From Byssovorax sp. (GTDB taxonomy: Bacteria; Myxococcota_A; Polyangia; Polyangiales; Polyangiaceae), in NCBI GenBank assembly GCA_046351295.1, contig JAXLYT010000035.1, positions 77,452 to 114,297 of the forward strand: 36,846 bases of DNA, in the 5' to 3' direction. Below are positions 17,801-28,200 of the stretch, piece by piece. The notes below the pieces were generated by a model. That model saw only the letters and a program-made list of their open reading frames with translations. It was not told the origin of the DNA and ran no database searches. Positions within the stretch are counted from its first letter, which is position 1, and each line of letters begins with the position of its first letter. Made by a program: the position numbers and the translations under genes.

Positions 17801-18851
17801 GGGCGCGGCGCAGCAGGCCGAGCACCTGCTCGACGAGCTGCGGATCCGCGACGCGCACCTGGAGGTCGCGCGGGTGGGCGGGGCCCGCAAGGTGCTCATC
17901 CCCATCTCCGCCGATCGGATCCGCAACGGCGCAGACGGCACCGGCATGCTCCTCGGCCCGGAGTCGGTCGTGCTGGTGACCGGTGGAGCACGCGGGATCA
18001 CGGCGTCAACGGCGGTCGCCATCGGCAAACGCTTCGGCTGCCGGCTGGAGCTCGTCGGCCGCACCCCCTTGCCCGACGAGGACGAAGATCCCGATCTCGC
18101 CGCGCTCCGCGATCTCCCGGCGCTCCGCAAGGGCATCCTCGCCAGAGGGCTCGCCACCACGCCCGCCGCGGTGGAGTCCCTCTGCGCGAAGATCACCGCG
18201 GCCCGCGCGCTCCGGAGCACGCTCGCCGAGATCGCGAAGACGGGCGCCACGGCCCGCTACCACGCGGTCGACGTGCGCGATCGGGCCGCCTTCGGCGCGC
18301 TCATCGACGCCATCTACGCCCACCACGGCCGCATCGACGGCGTGATCCACGGCGCCGGGGTGCTCGAAGACCGCCTGATCGCCCAGAAGACGCGCGAGTC
18401 CTTCGATCGCGTCTTCGACACCAAGGTGGAGAGCGCGCTCACCCTGGTCGAGAAGATCCGCCCGGACCTCGGCTTCTTCGTCTTCTTCGGGAGCGTCTCC
18501 GGCGCCTTCGGCAACAAGGGTCAGATCGACTACGCCGCCGCCAACGACACCCTCGACAAGCTCGCCTACTGGCTCAAGGAGCGCGTCAAGGGGCGGGTCG
18601 TCTCGCTCGACTGGGGCCCGTGGGCCGGCGCGGGGATGGTCTCGCCCGAGCTCGCCCGCGAGTACGAGCGGCGCGGCGTGGGCCTCATCGATCCCCAGCA
18701 AGGGGTCGACGCCTTCCTCGACGAGCTGCTCCACGGCGGCGCCGCCTCGCAGGTCATCCTCATGAGCGGCAGCCCCGAGGTGATGATCTGGCAACCCGCG
18801 GCCGAGGCCCCGCCGGTGACCGCGCCCTCCCCTATCGTCATCGATGCATGA
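11844..18851 (+). CDS. type I PKS / PUFA-synthase-like multidomain enzyme: NMO-like domain, PfaD-like FMN enoyl reductase, KS, AT, ACP and KR
   Basis: Continuous 2,335-aa ORF. Motifs: GIRYPIAQGPMTRVSD...FEGRECGGHVG (PfaD/trans-ER type ER); DAACASS (KS Cys codon 14460-14462), EAHGTGT, IGHTK; FLFPGQGSQ and GHSYGE (AT Ser 15843-15845); LEADLSIDSIKRIEILG (ACP Ser 17136-17138); VLVTGGARGITAS (KR Rossmann). The start is uncertain: the track uses TTG at 11844, alternative TTG at 11883. Confidence 0.9.
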   Translation: MRAGIGDDAGTVALIHRPTSRPPARADLPSLLHHPILGLSPLEQPDGRLAVALARAGALSILDLGRRSGPARKALALLAREAPDGFGVRVPERSEWAPADLPPEVQVVVLQAGAAVSRFSPRRVLVQITSEEEALAAAEAGADGLIVKGHEAGGRVGSETTFVLLQRVAAATSLPLWAQGGIGLHTAAAALACGARGVVLDSQLALVRESSLPEPIKAAIRGMDGSETALLGEHRVFTRPDLPVARKKAPAPQDLGAFLAHLGGQDLERDLLPLGQDAAFARPLAERYRTAGGLVHAMRAAMDEHLEEARTLSPLGPGSPLAQDHGIRYPIAQGPMTRVSDRAAFADAVSKGGGLPFLALALMRGDEVRALLVETAALLGDRAFGVGILGFVPEDLRQEQIAAVQEIRPKAAIIAGGRPSQARPLDAQGTITYLHVPSPGLLDLFLNDGARRFVFEGRECGGHVGPRTSFVLWELQIERLLAFADARGAEGLTGVSVLFAGGVHDARSAAMVSAMAAPLAARGAHIGVLMGTAYLFTEEAVATGAILPAFQEAALECERTVLLETAPGHATRCTDNDYAHSFQEERARLEAEGKSAEEVWAALEQLNLGRLRLAAKGLRREGPSLVKVDHPTQAREGMFMIGQVAALRSAILTIEALHEDVSAGSIAALARSAPPEERAGEKPRPADIAIIGIACIFPDAVDRHAYWANICAGKSAVTEVPKERWDAAIYYDPEAPAGEKSASRWGGFLPTIAFDPLLYGIPPRSLSSIEPVQLLALDVARRALEDAGYGERSFDRERTAVIFGAEAGTDLSSAYGFRALVPQYAGPLPPALDEHLPTLTEDSFPGVLANVIAGRIANRLDLGGSNYTVDAACASSLAAVDLAVKELTAGSADLVLCGGADLHNSINDYLLFSSVHALSPTGACRTFDASADGIVLGEGVACVVLKRLADAERDGDRIYAVIKGIAGSSDGRSLGLTAPRKEGQIRALERAYRASGVSPAEVGLVEAHGTGTVVGDRTELGTLTDVYLGAGTAPGAAALGSVKSQIGHTKCAAGLAGMIKTALALHHRALPPTLQIRKPNPGWDPASSPFHFSDHARPWPGEERRASVSAFGFGGANFHAVLSAYEGADPPASGLERWPVELFLFRAPDRAAAAARIEQIERLLTDEVIEAAQRGAGLFTLADLARSVSERRRRADGPVQIAVLAESLADLRDKLKRARAFTADGRSIFVAGAAGEASPGKVAFLFPGQGSQRTGMLGDLFLAFPPLQRFLSLGSRWVSRMFPPMAPTPEIRAAQVAALTDTRVAQPALGVTSLALGSLLRSLGLKPDMVAGHSYGELAALCFAGAIDEADLLALSEQRAACILTSTGDDPGTMAAVTAPPSAVEPVIEGIEQVVIANHNAPEQTVISGPTSGIAEAIAALEAEGLSARSIPVACAFHSPLVARAPALFAEHLARIDVRSPHVPVYSNATAATYPADARAIRNMLADHLGLSVRFTEEIEAMYAAGARTFVEVGPGRVLSGLVGKILAGKPHLAVACDQSGEPGLARLLAALAELAVGGVAVDAAALFAGRAARLLDLAAISTAPRSSSLWLVNGHLARPAVGEIPKGALRPVEGPLVNVSAAPPPPDDRKDAVIEFLRASREIVEAQRQVMLGFLGQAPEVIEVAGVPQNVPALGTGPSTRRVTLPPASSQSSSWPPPSRAPRSEAELPLRVRGPVPSIPAPMPSLTPPSLKDTLLGIVGERTGYPVEMLDLDLNLEADLSIDSIKRIEILGTLGQMMGWAPGSGDGRDKMIEKLATQKTLRGILTWLEANPGGKPAAEPAKADPPRAEPASPARTSRLALHRFLLSVEDAPARPVAEIGRRRWAIVPDRAGVAEALGDLLAARGATARVIGSGEPLGEADGLVDLSALAAITTEEVTASTRGLFERLKRAGEAGLTVVIAAVPLGAPFGPEGALPRAGVAGLIKTAARELPLLCARAVALDPAEGAAQQAEHLLDELRIRDAHLEVARVGGARKVLIPISADRIRNGADGTGMLLGPESVVLVTGGARGITASTAVAIGKRFGCRLELVGRTPLPDEDEDPDLAALRDLPALRKGILARGLATTPAAVESLCAKITAARALRSTLAEIAKTGATARYHAVDVRDRAAFGALIDAIYAHHGRIDGVIHGAGVLEDRLIAQKTRESFDRVFDTKVESALTLVEKIRPDLGFFVFFGSVSGAFGNKGQIDYAAANDTLDKLAYWLKERVKGRVVSLDWGPWAGAGMVSPELAREYERRGVGLIDPQQGVDAFLDELLHGGAASQVILMSGSPEVMIWQPAAEAPPVTAPSPIVIDA
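11935..12570 (+). other. N-terminal nitronate-monooxygenase-like (FMN TIM-barrel) domain of PKS gene 1
   Basis: HHPILGLSP...LARAGALSILDLG; GADGLIVKGHEAGGRVG; LWAQGGIG. These are NMO/IMPDH-like FMN-barrel signatures lying upstream of the canonical PfaD-like ER. Confidence 0.55.
12819..13830 (+). other. PfaD-like enoyl reductase domain
   Basis: GIRYPIAQGPMTRVSDRAAFADAVSKGGGLPFLAL ... RRFVFEGRECGGHVGPRTSFVLWE. Confidence 0.8.
13898..15222 (+). other. ketosynthase domain (KS1)
   Basis: IAIIGIACIFPDA...TVDAACASSLAAVDLA...EAHGTGTVVGD...GHTKCAAG...GFGGANFHAVL; a full Cys-His-His catalytic set is present. Confidence 0.9.
15560..16450 (+). other. acyltransferase domain (AT1, canonical)
   Basis: AFLFPGQGSQRTGM...GHSYGELAAL...AFHSPLV. 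Confidence 0.85.
17040..17290 (+). other. acyl carrier protein domain (single ACP)
   Basis: LGIVGERTGYPVEMLDLDLNLEADLSIDSIKRIEILGTL; only one ACP copy is present, whereas PfaA-type proteins carry tandem ACPs. Confidence 0.8.
17380..18720 (+). other. ketoreductase domain (KR)
   Basis: VLVTGGARGITASTAVAIGKRFG...IHGAGVLEDRL...YAAANDTLDKLA (Tyr/Asn catalytic region). Confidence 0.8.
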
Positions 18852-21800
18852 CGCGGCCGGGGGAGATACCCTCGGCCGCCATGGACATCGACCTCGACCT
18901 CCTCGAAGCCCTGGCGCTCTCCGACGATCGCGCGCCCGCCCTCGAAGCGCTGCTCCCGGGCACCGCGGTCCACGACTATCGCCGCGGGATCGAGCTCCAG
19001 CACCAGGGGAAGCTCGACGAGGTCGACGCGCTGATCGAGGGGTGGAAGGCGCGCTATCCGAACGAGGACGAGGCCTTCGCGCGCCTCAGGCGCCGGCAGC
19101 TCCTCCTCCGGGCGGGCGCCGATCTCGCGACGCATGCGGAGGCGATCCGCTTCGAGGCGGGCCTCCGCTTCGATGATCAGGCCGAGGCCGAGGCGGCGGC
19201 GCAGCGGTACCCGAGCCGCCTCGATCCGGCGGTGATCTCGCCGGACGCGCTCCGGCGCGACGCGCTGAGCCGCGCCTCGGATCTCTCCTGCTTCACCGCG
19301 TGGTCGCTCGACACGCTGGTGTCGAAGGGCGGCGCGCTCGGGATGAGCCGGATCCGCGAGCTGCTCGGCCGGCTCCCGCGGGCGAACGTGAAGGGGCTCG
19401 TCGAGCTCATCGCCCGGGAGCTCGCGGACAGCGCGTCGGGGGGCTTCCGCGCCCTCGCCCTCGCGCCGCAGCTCACCCTGGAGCAGCTCCAGGCGCTCGT
19501 GAAGCAGCGGCCGCAGCTCCGCCAGGACGGCGCGTGGGTCGAGGCGGTGATGGCCCGGCTCTGCCCGCCTGCGCATGTCGACATCACGATCGATCGCGAG
19601 GCGCGCGGGGCGTACCTCGACGCGCTCGCGGCCTTCGTCGATCCGCTCCCGGCCGGCTTCGCCACGCTCAAGGCCCAGGTGCTCTACCACCGGCTCGATC
19701 TCGATCGCGCGCTCGGCGTCTACGATCGCGACCGCTTCCTCCGCTACCTCGGGATGCCTCGCGCGCAGCCCTACGTCGACGGCGACTGGATCCGCCGCTT
19801 GCCCTCCGATCAGGTGGCCCGGCCCGGCTGGGGCGGACCGTCGGCGCCGCTGCTCGAGTCGTTCGGGAACGACGAGGAGCTGGTGCGCGACTACCTGCAC
19901 CACTTCCTCGTCACGGAGGAGATGGACGCCTTCGCCGAGCGCATCCGCCGCGACTGGCTCACCGCGGAGCTCGCCACCGCGCGCCTGCTCGCGGGCGACC
20001 CCGACACCCGGCGCTGGACGGCGCTGCTCTCCGAGGGCGCGCTCGCGAGCCTCCGCGAGCGCGTGGACATCGAGCTCTCGTGCCGGAACCCGCCCTGCTT
20101 CGCAGCGGACGAGGCCGTGCGCCTGGAGGTGCTCTGCAAGAACGTTCCCGAGCTGACGGTCAAGGTCTTCCGGATCAACGCCCTCGCGTACTTCCTCGGC
20201 AAAGGTGGCGAGATCGACACGGACATCGATCTCGACGGGATGATCGCGGGCGACGAGCGCACCGTGACGATCGATGCGCCCTCGATCCGGCGCACCGCGC
20301 AGAGCGTCGATCTGCCCGGCTGCGCGCGGCCGGGCACGTACGTGGTCGAGCTGATCGGCAACGGCCGGGCGAGCCGCGCGCTGATCCGCAAAGGATCGCT
20401 CCGCGCCGTCTCGCGCGTCGGCGCGGCCGGGGTCACGGTGACCGTGCTCGACGAGCAGGGGCGGCCGCTCCCCGACGCGCGCCTGTGGATGGGCGGGCAG
20501 GAGCTGTCCCCGCGCGAGGACGGCGCGATCACCATCCCCTTCTCCACGCAGCCGGGCGAGCGGCCCGTGCTCCTCGTCCACGGCGATCTCGCCCAGCGCG
20601 AGACCCTCTATGTGCCGGCGGAGCGCTACGCGCTCGACGCTCGCTTCGAGCTCGATCGGCAGGCCCTCGTGGCGGGCAAGAACGCTCGGATCCTCCTTCG
20701 CCCGAGGCTCTCGATCGCCCCCTCGTCGCCCGTGCCGATCGCCCTGCTCGAGGAGCCCGCGCTCGAGATCTCCGTGGTCGATCTCAAGGGCGTCCCCGTC
20801 CAGAAGACCCTGCCCCTCACGCTCCGCGAGGACGCCGAGGCCGTCGCGGAGATCTGGGTGCCCGAGGACACGGTGAAGATCGGCCTCCGCCTGCGGGGTC
20901 GGGTGCGCGTCGTCTCGACCCAGCAGACCGTGGACCTCGAGGACACGATGGACACCGGCGTCAACGAGGTGCACCAGTCGTCGCAGACCGAGGCCATGCA
21001 CCTCGGCCGCACCGCGGACGGCCATGTCCTCTACCTGCTCGGCAAGTCGGGGGAGCCCCGCGCGGGCCGCGCGGTGCCGATCACGCTCACGCATGCCGCC
21101 GTGACCTTCGGCGTGGCCGTGACCCTGGCCACCGACGAGCGCGGCCGGATCGAGCTCGGCCCGCTGCCCGGGGTGAGGACGATCTCCGCGGGCGGATCGA
21201 GCTGGTCCATCTGGCCCGAGGTGAGCGCGCCGGATCTGCTCGGCGCGGCGAGCGGCGCGACGATCACGCTGCCGGCGCCGCCGTTCCTCGATCCCGAGGA
21301 GCTCCCGCGTGCCGTCTCCCTGGTCGAGTTGCGCAAGGACGCGGCGCTCCGCGAGCTCGGCGATCGGGTGACGCTCGACGGACGTCTGCTTCGGGTCGCC
21401 GGGCTCGATCCCGGCCGGTATCGCCTGAGCGTCCGGGGCTTCGACTCGCCGATCACCATCGAGATCGGGCCAGGCGCGGTCGATCCCGCGACCGGCTGGT
21501 CGACGCGCGGATCGAGGATGGTCGAGATCACCCCGCCCCTCGCGCTCGTGCAGGCCTTCGCCGTCGAGGGCGACGACATCGTGGTGCGCCTCGACGGCGC
21601 CGGCCCCGAGACCCGCGTCCACCTGATCGCGAGCTACTTCCAGCCTTCCCCGCTGCCCTTCGACCGCTTCGCCGAGACTCCGTCGACGACGCGCCCGGTG
21701 CAGGTGCCCCCGCGCCGATCCCGCTACGTCTCGGGGCGCGACATCGGCGACGAGTACCGCTACGTGCTCGCCCGGCGGACGGCGACGCGCCGGCCGGGGA

Positions 21801-24800
21801 TGCTGCTCGACAAGCCGAGCCTCCTGCTCAACCCGTGGGCGCTCCGCACCACGTCGAACCAGGTGCAGGTCGCCGCGTCGGGCAGCGCGTTCGGACCGGC
21901 CGGCGCGCCTCCCGGCATGGCCATGCCCAAGCCCCAGGGGCCGCGGGGAGGCAGCGCCGATCCCTCGCAGGGCGGGATCACCCCGTCGTACGATTTCCTC
22001 GCGGCGCCCGCCGTCGTGATCGACAACCTCCGCCCCGACGGCGGCGGCGTGGTTCGTGTACCGCGGACACGACTGGGCGACGCCCAGACCGTCCGGGCGA
22101 TCGTCGTCGATCGCAGGCAAGCGTCGAGCGCCGACCTGCCCTCCCCGAGACCGCGCCGGCCCACCGCGATCGCCGCCTCCGCCTCGCCCTCGATCCCGAC
22201 GGCCATTTCGCCGAGATCCGCTGCGTCGAGGCTGCCCCGAGCGGCACCGTGCTGGTCGTCGACGATCTGCGCACCGGCAAGGTCGAGCTCGTCGACACCG
22301 TGGCGCGGGCCCACCAGGTGCTGCTCACCCTGGGCGACGACGCGACCCTCCGCGAGCTCTCCTCGCTCGTGCGCTGGCCTTCGCTGCCGGCGGCAGAGCA
22401 GCAGCGCCTCTACGGCAAGTACGCATGCCACGAGCTCCACCTCTTCCTCGCCCGGAAGGACCCGGCCTTCTTCGCGCGCGCCGTCGCGCCCTACCTCGCC
22501 CACAAGCTGCACAAGACCTTCGTCGACCGCTACCTGCTCGGCGAAGATCTCTCCGCCTTCACCGAGCGCTGGGCCATGGGCCGCCTCAACGCGCTGGAGA
22601 AGGTCCTGCTCGCGCGCAGGCACCCCGAGCTCCGGCCGTCGATCGCGCGCCTCCTCGGCGAGGCCGTCGAGCGGATCCCGCCCGACCCCGAGCGCGACGC
22701 GCGTCTCTGCGACACCCTGCTCGGATCCACGGGGCTCGAGGGCGGTGGCATCGGCGGCGCGGCCAAGATGGACATGATGCTCGAGATGGGAGAGCCCGAA
22801 GAGGAGAGGGCAACACGGGAGCTCGATTTCGGACGTCGTGCCAAGCGCAAGGCGCGTCCGGCCGAGTCCGAGTCCGAGGCGGACGGCGACTTCAGCGACG
22901 ACATGCCCGCGCCCGCGCCCGCCGCGGCGCCGCCACCGGCGATGCGATCCATGACCATGGTGGGCTACGGCGGCGGCGGCATGGCGCGCGCGATGGCCGA
23001 TCTGCGGGAGCGAGAGCGCGGCGCCGCGCTCTACCGGAGCGCCGACAAGACGCAGGAGTGGGCCGAGTCCGGCTACTTCCGGACGCCCGTCGAGCTGCTC
23101 TCCCCCGATCTGGTCATACCGAGCCGCTTCCTCCTCGATCTCGCCAGGCACGAGGAAGGCCCCTTCCTCTCGCCGCACCTCGGCGACTGCGCCGACAGCT
23201 TCACCACGGCCATGGCCGCCCTGGCCTTCCTCGATCTGCCGTTCACGGCCGCCGAGCACGAGGTGCTGATCGACGACACGAAGCTCACCCTCACCGTCAA
23301 GAGCCACGCCCTCGCCGCCCGGACGCGGATCGCCTCCGTCTCCGCGCCCGAGGCGCGCGGGCCGATCCTGGTCGGGCAGAGCTACGTGCGCGCCGACGAT
23401 CCCGTCGTCTGGGAGGGCGCCGAGCAGCACGAGAAATACGTCACCGGCGAGATGCTCACGGGCGTGGTCTACGAAGCGCGGATCTCGGTGACCAACCCGA
23501 CGAGCAGCGCGCAGCGGCTCGCGGTCCTGCTCCAGATCCCGCGGGGCGCCGTCCCGGTTCAGAGCGGCTTCCTCACCCACACGAACCACGTCCACCTCGG
23601 CCCGTACGCGACCGCGGCGATCAGCTACGCCTTCTATTTCCCGGCGGAGGGCGCGTGGGGCCACTTCCCCGCCCATGTCCTTCGCGGTGAGGACCTCGCA
23701 GCGTTCGCGGAGCCGCGCAGGCTCACCGTGGTCCGCGAGCCCACGACCACCGACACGACCTCGTGGGCCCATGTCTCGCAGCTCGGGACGCTCGATGAGG
23801 TGCTGGGCTTCCTCGACCGCGAGAACCTCGGCCGGATCGATCTCGACAAGATCGCCTTCCGGATGCGCGATCGCGCGTCGTTCGAGCGCGTCATCGATCT
23901 GCTCGATCGCCGCCAGGTCTACGAGGACAAGCTCTGGTCCTACGCGCTCTTCCACGCCGATCGCCGCCGGGCCGCCGAGTGGCTCCGCCACCAGGGCGGC
24001 TTCCTCGCGCCCGCCGCGCCGGTGCTCGACGGCGCGCTCGTGACCGTGAGCCCCGTCGAGCGCGGGCTCTACCAGCACCTCGAGTACGCGCCCCTCGTCA
24101 ACGCCCGCGCCCACCAGCTCGGCAAGAAGCGGCGGATCCTCAACGACGCGCTCGCCGCGCAGTACCGCGCCTTCCTGGAGACCGTCGCGCACCGCGCTCG
24201 GCCGTCCGACGCCGATCTGCTCGTCGCCGCGCACTACGCCTTCTGCCTCGATCGCGTCGATTTCGCCCTCTCGTTGCTCGATCGGGTGCGCGCGGACGCC
24301 GTGGAGAGCCGCCTCCAGCTCGACTACCTCGCGGCCTACGCGGCCTGCTGCCGGGGCGATCTCGCCGAGGCCCGCAGGCGGATCGCGCCGTGGATCGACA
24401 GCCCCGTCGATCGCGTCCGCTTCCGGGCCGCGGCGCTCGCGGCCATGCTCGACGAGGCCGAGGGCAAGGGCGGCGGAGAGCGCCCCGCGGGCAGCGTCGA
24501 TCCCGACAGCCGCGATCGCGCCATGGCCGATCTCGCGAGCCGCCAGCCGACGCTCGATCTCGCGAGCGACAAGGGCGAGATCGTCCTCCGGCACAAGAAC
24601 CTCACCTCGGCCCGCGTGCGCTTCTACCGGATGGACATCGAGCTCTTGTTCTCGCGGCAGCCCTTCGTGCAGGGCGACGTCGAGCGCTTCTCGTTCATCG
24701 ATCCCGGGGGCGAGCTCACCATCCCGCTCGGCCCCTCCGGCCGCGCGGTGGTGCCCGTCCCGGACGCGCTGCGCGGTCAAAACCTGATCGTCATGGCCGA

Positions 24801-25116
24801 CGGCGCGGGCGTGCGGCGATCGATCGCCCACTACGCCCACGATCTCGCGATCGAGCTCGCGCATCAGGCCGGGCAGCTCCGGGTGCTCCGCGCCTCGACG
24901 CAGGCGGCGCTCCCGGCTGCCTACGTCAAGGTCTACGCCCGGCAGACCGGCGGCGCCGTGAGCTTCTACAAGGATGGCTACACCGACCTCCGGGGCCGCT
25001 TCGACTACGCCACCCTCTCGACCGACGACCTCGATCGCACCGAGCGATTCTCCCTGCTCGTCGTCTCGCCCGAGGCCGGCGCGACGGTGATGGAGGCGCC
25101 TCCGCCGGCCCGGTGA
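18848..25116 (+). CDS. very large (~2,090 aa) multidomain protein of unknown function embedded in the PKS operon; apparent 1-nt frameshift at about 22143-22147
   Basis: ATG at 18848 overlaps the TGA of gene 1 (ATGA); alternative ATG at 18881 (MDIDLDL) has GGGGGAGA upstream. Protein-like translation runs in frame 2 from 18848 to about 22145 (TPR-like helical N-terminus, then beta-rich repeats TVKVFRINALAYF, GTYVVELIG, VTVTVLDEQGRPLPDARLWMGGQE). It then continues in frame 1 from about 22150 to 25116 (helical region, then C-terminal beta domain YVKVYARQTGGAVSFYKDGYTDLRGRFDYATLSTDD). Restoring one C in the CCCC run at 22143-22146 joins ...ADLPSP to ETAPAHRDRRLRLALDPDG. No signal peptide, no nucleotide-binding or PKS motif was recognised. 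Confidence 0.7.
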
Positions 25117-25200
25117 GATCTCGCCTTGCGCCAGCGGCGGAGCCGTCGCAAAAGCCCTGCGCGATGAGCTTCGTGGCCGATCGTTCCGAGGAGTCCGCGC

Positions 25201-28200
25201 ATGGCTGAGCGGGACAAGCGCGGCGTCGCGATCGTCGGCATGGCAGCGCTCTTCCCGGGCGCGCGCGATCTCGCGGCCTTCGAGCAGAACCTCGCGGCCG
25301 GCGCAGACGCCTTCCGCGACGCGCCGCCCGACCGGATCGATCCGGCCTTCTACGATCCCGCATCCACTGCGCCCGATCGGCTCTACTGCCGCCGCGGCGG
25401 CTTCCTCCCCGAGCCGGTGCGCTTCGACGCGGCCTCGTTCGGGATCATGCCGATCGCCGCGCAGGGCGCCGAGCCCGATCAGCTCCTCGCCCTCGATCTC
25501 GCGGCCCGCGCGCTCGCCGACGCCGGCTACGCCGATCGCCCCTTCGCGCGCGACAAAGCCTCGGTGATCCTCGGTCGCGGCGGCTACCTCACGCCCGGCG
25601 TGGCCCGCCTCGATCAGCGCGTCCGCGCCGCCGAGCAGCTCGTCCAGAGCCTCCGCGCGCTCTTGCCCGATCTGCCCGATGACAAGCTCGCCGCCGTCCG
25701 GGCCGAGGTGCAAGCCGGGCTCGGACCCTTCGGCCCCGACACCGCCATCGGCCTCGTGCCGAACCTCGCGGCCTCGCGCATCGCCAACCGCCTCGATCTC
25801 GGCGGCAGCGCCTACACGATCGACGCCGCATGCGCGAGCTCGCTCGTCGCGGTCGATCACGCATGCCGCGATCTCCACGCCCACCGGGCCGACCTCGTGC
25901 TCGCGGGCGGCGTCCATCTCTGCCACGATCCGGGCTTCTGGAGCGTCTTCTGCCAGCTCGGCGCGCTCAGCCGATCCGGGCAGATCCGCCCCTTCGATCG
26001 GCGCGCCGACGGCCTGCTCATCGGCGAGGGCGTGGGCGTCCTCGCGCTCAAGCGCCTCGCCGACGCCGAGCGCGACGGCGACCGCATCTACGCCGTGATC
26101 CGCGGCACGGGGACGGCGAGCGACGGCCGCGGCGCGAGCCTGATGAGCCCGGACATGAACGGGCAGATCGCCGCGCTCCGGCGGGCGTGGGACGACGCGG
26201 GGCTCGATCCTTCCCTCGTCGGTATGATCGAGGCCCATGGCACCGGCACGGCGGCGGGCGACGGGGCCGAGCTCGGCACGCTCGCGCGCGTCTTCGGCCC
26301 GGCGAGGGCAGACGAGGCGCGCGCCGCGCTCGGCTCCGTCAAGTCGATGATCGGCCACACCATGCCGGCCGCGGGCGCCGCCGGCTTGATCAAGGCCGCC
26401 CTCGCCCTCCACCACGCGCGGCTCTACCCCTCGCTCCACTGCGAGGAGCCCCGCGCCGAGGTCGAGGCCACGCGCTTCCGCATCCTCTCGCGCGCCGAGC
26501 CCTGGGAGAGCCCGGGCCGCCCGCGCGTCGCCGGCGTCAACGCCTTCGGCTTCGGCGGCATCAACGCGCATGTGGTGCTCGAGGAGCACCCGGCGAGCCG
26601 CCCGTCCACTTCGCCGCGCGCTTCGTCCCCATCGTCCACGTCGTCCACATCGTCGCCCACCGTGGTCGAGCCGGTCCTCTTCCTCGCCGCGGAGAGCCCC
26701 GCCGCGCTGTGCGAGGCCCTCGACGCGCATGACGCGCACAACGCGCATGACGAGCGCGCGGCGAGCGGACCTGCGCGCCTCGCGCTCTTCAACCCCACCC
26801 CGGAGCGGCGCGCGCGGGCCCGGGCCATCGTCGCGCGTGGCGAGCCCTGGCGCGGCCGCGACGATCTCTGGTTCTCCGCCGAGGGCCTGCTCGCGCGCGG
26901 CGGCCGGGTGGCCTTCCTCTTCCCGGGCGTCGATTCGAGCTTCGATCCGCGCGTCGACGACGTGGCCTCCCGCTTCGGGCTCCCGCTCAGCATGCCCGAG
27001 GGTAAGCGCTCGCTGAAGGATCTCGGGATGGGGATCATCGCGGTCGGCCGGCTGCTCGACGCCGCGCTCCGGCGGATCGGCGTCTACCCGGCGATGATCG
27101 CCGGCCACAGCATCGGCGAGTGGAGCGGGATGATCGCCTCGGAGATGATCCCCCGGGACGAGATCGACGGCATCATCGCGCGCCTCGCGCCCGAGAGCGT
27201 GTCCGTGCCCGGGGTCACCTTCATCGCGGCCGGCTGCGGCCTCGACAAGGCCATCGCCGCGATGGAGGGCCTGCCGGAGATCGCCGTCTCCCACGACAAC
27301 TGCCCGCACCAGCTCATCCTCTGCGGCATCGAGGCGAGCGCCGACATCGCCCTCGATCGACTGAAGAAGATGGGCGTGCTCAGCCAGAAGCTCCCCTTCC
27401 AGTCCGGCTACCACTCGCGCCTCTTCCACGCGTACACGGGCCCGCACCGGCGCATCCTCGCGGGCCTCCCGCTGACCACCCCGGCCGTGCCCCTCTGGTC
27501 GGCCACCACCTGCGCGCCCTACCCGGCCGATCCCGAGGCGATCCGCCGCCTCGCCGTGCAACACATCCTCGAGCCCGTCCGCTTCCGCGAGCTCACCCTC
27601 GCGCTCCACGAGGCCGGCGCGCGCGCGTTCATCCAGGTCGGCACCGGCAGCTTGATCGGCTTCGTCGGCGACACGCTGCGCGGCCTCCCGCACCTCGCCG
27701 TCAGCGCCAACATGCCGGCGCGCTCCGGCCTCGCCCAGCTCCGCCGCGTGGCTGCGGCGCTCTGGACCGAGGGCGCTTCACCCGACCTCGGCAGGCTCGA
27801 CATGGCGCCGCCCGCGCGCCGTGAAAAGGTACGCGCGGCCCCGCCCATCGAGATCTCGCTCGGCGCGCCCCTCGTCACCGCCCGCGGTCCGCTCGATCGC
27901 CCGGCGCCTCCCGCGCCGGCCGGTGATCTCGACGGCATAGCCGATCTCGCCTACCTCGATCTCGATCCCACCGATCCGCTCGCCGTCGAGCTCGGCCTGG
28001 GCCTCGCGTCGATCCGTGCCGCCCAGCGCGACGTCGTGGCGGCGTTCCTCCGCGCGCCGATCGCCCCACCCGCGGCAGGCCCGCACGAGATCACGCTCCA
28101 GCGCAGCATCTCGGTGGACGACTACCCCGAGCTGCACGATCACGCCTTCTACCGCCAGCCGGAGGGCTGGCCTGCGCTCGTCGATCGCTACCCCGTGGTG

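Noticed and set aside
14666-22777. 2,703-aa ORF on the + strand in an alternative frame spanning the PKS genes
   Set aside because: Its translation is Arg/Ala/Gly/Pro-rich junk except for 18848-22145, where it coincides with the real frame of the large unknown gene. The long open frame arises from >70% GC suppressing stop codons.
22056-23690. 544-aa ORF in frame 3 inside the large unknown gene
   Set aside because: Extreme Arg/Pro/Gly composition. Frame 1 carries the coherent protein here.
25201-26590. Reading the second KS as a chain-length-factor (CLF, a KS lacking the active-site Cys)
   Set aside because: The active-site Cys (DAACASS) and both His residues (HGTGT, GHT) are intact, so it is a catalytically complete KS.
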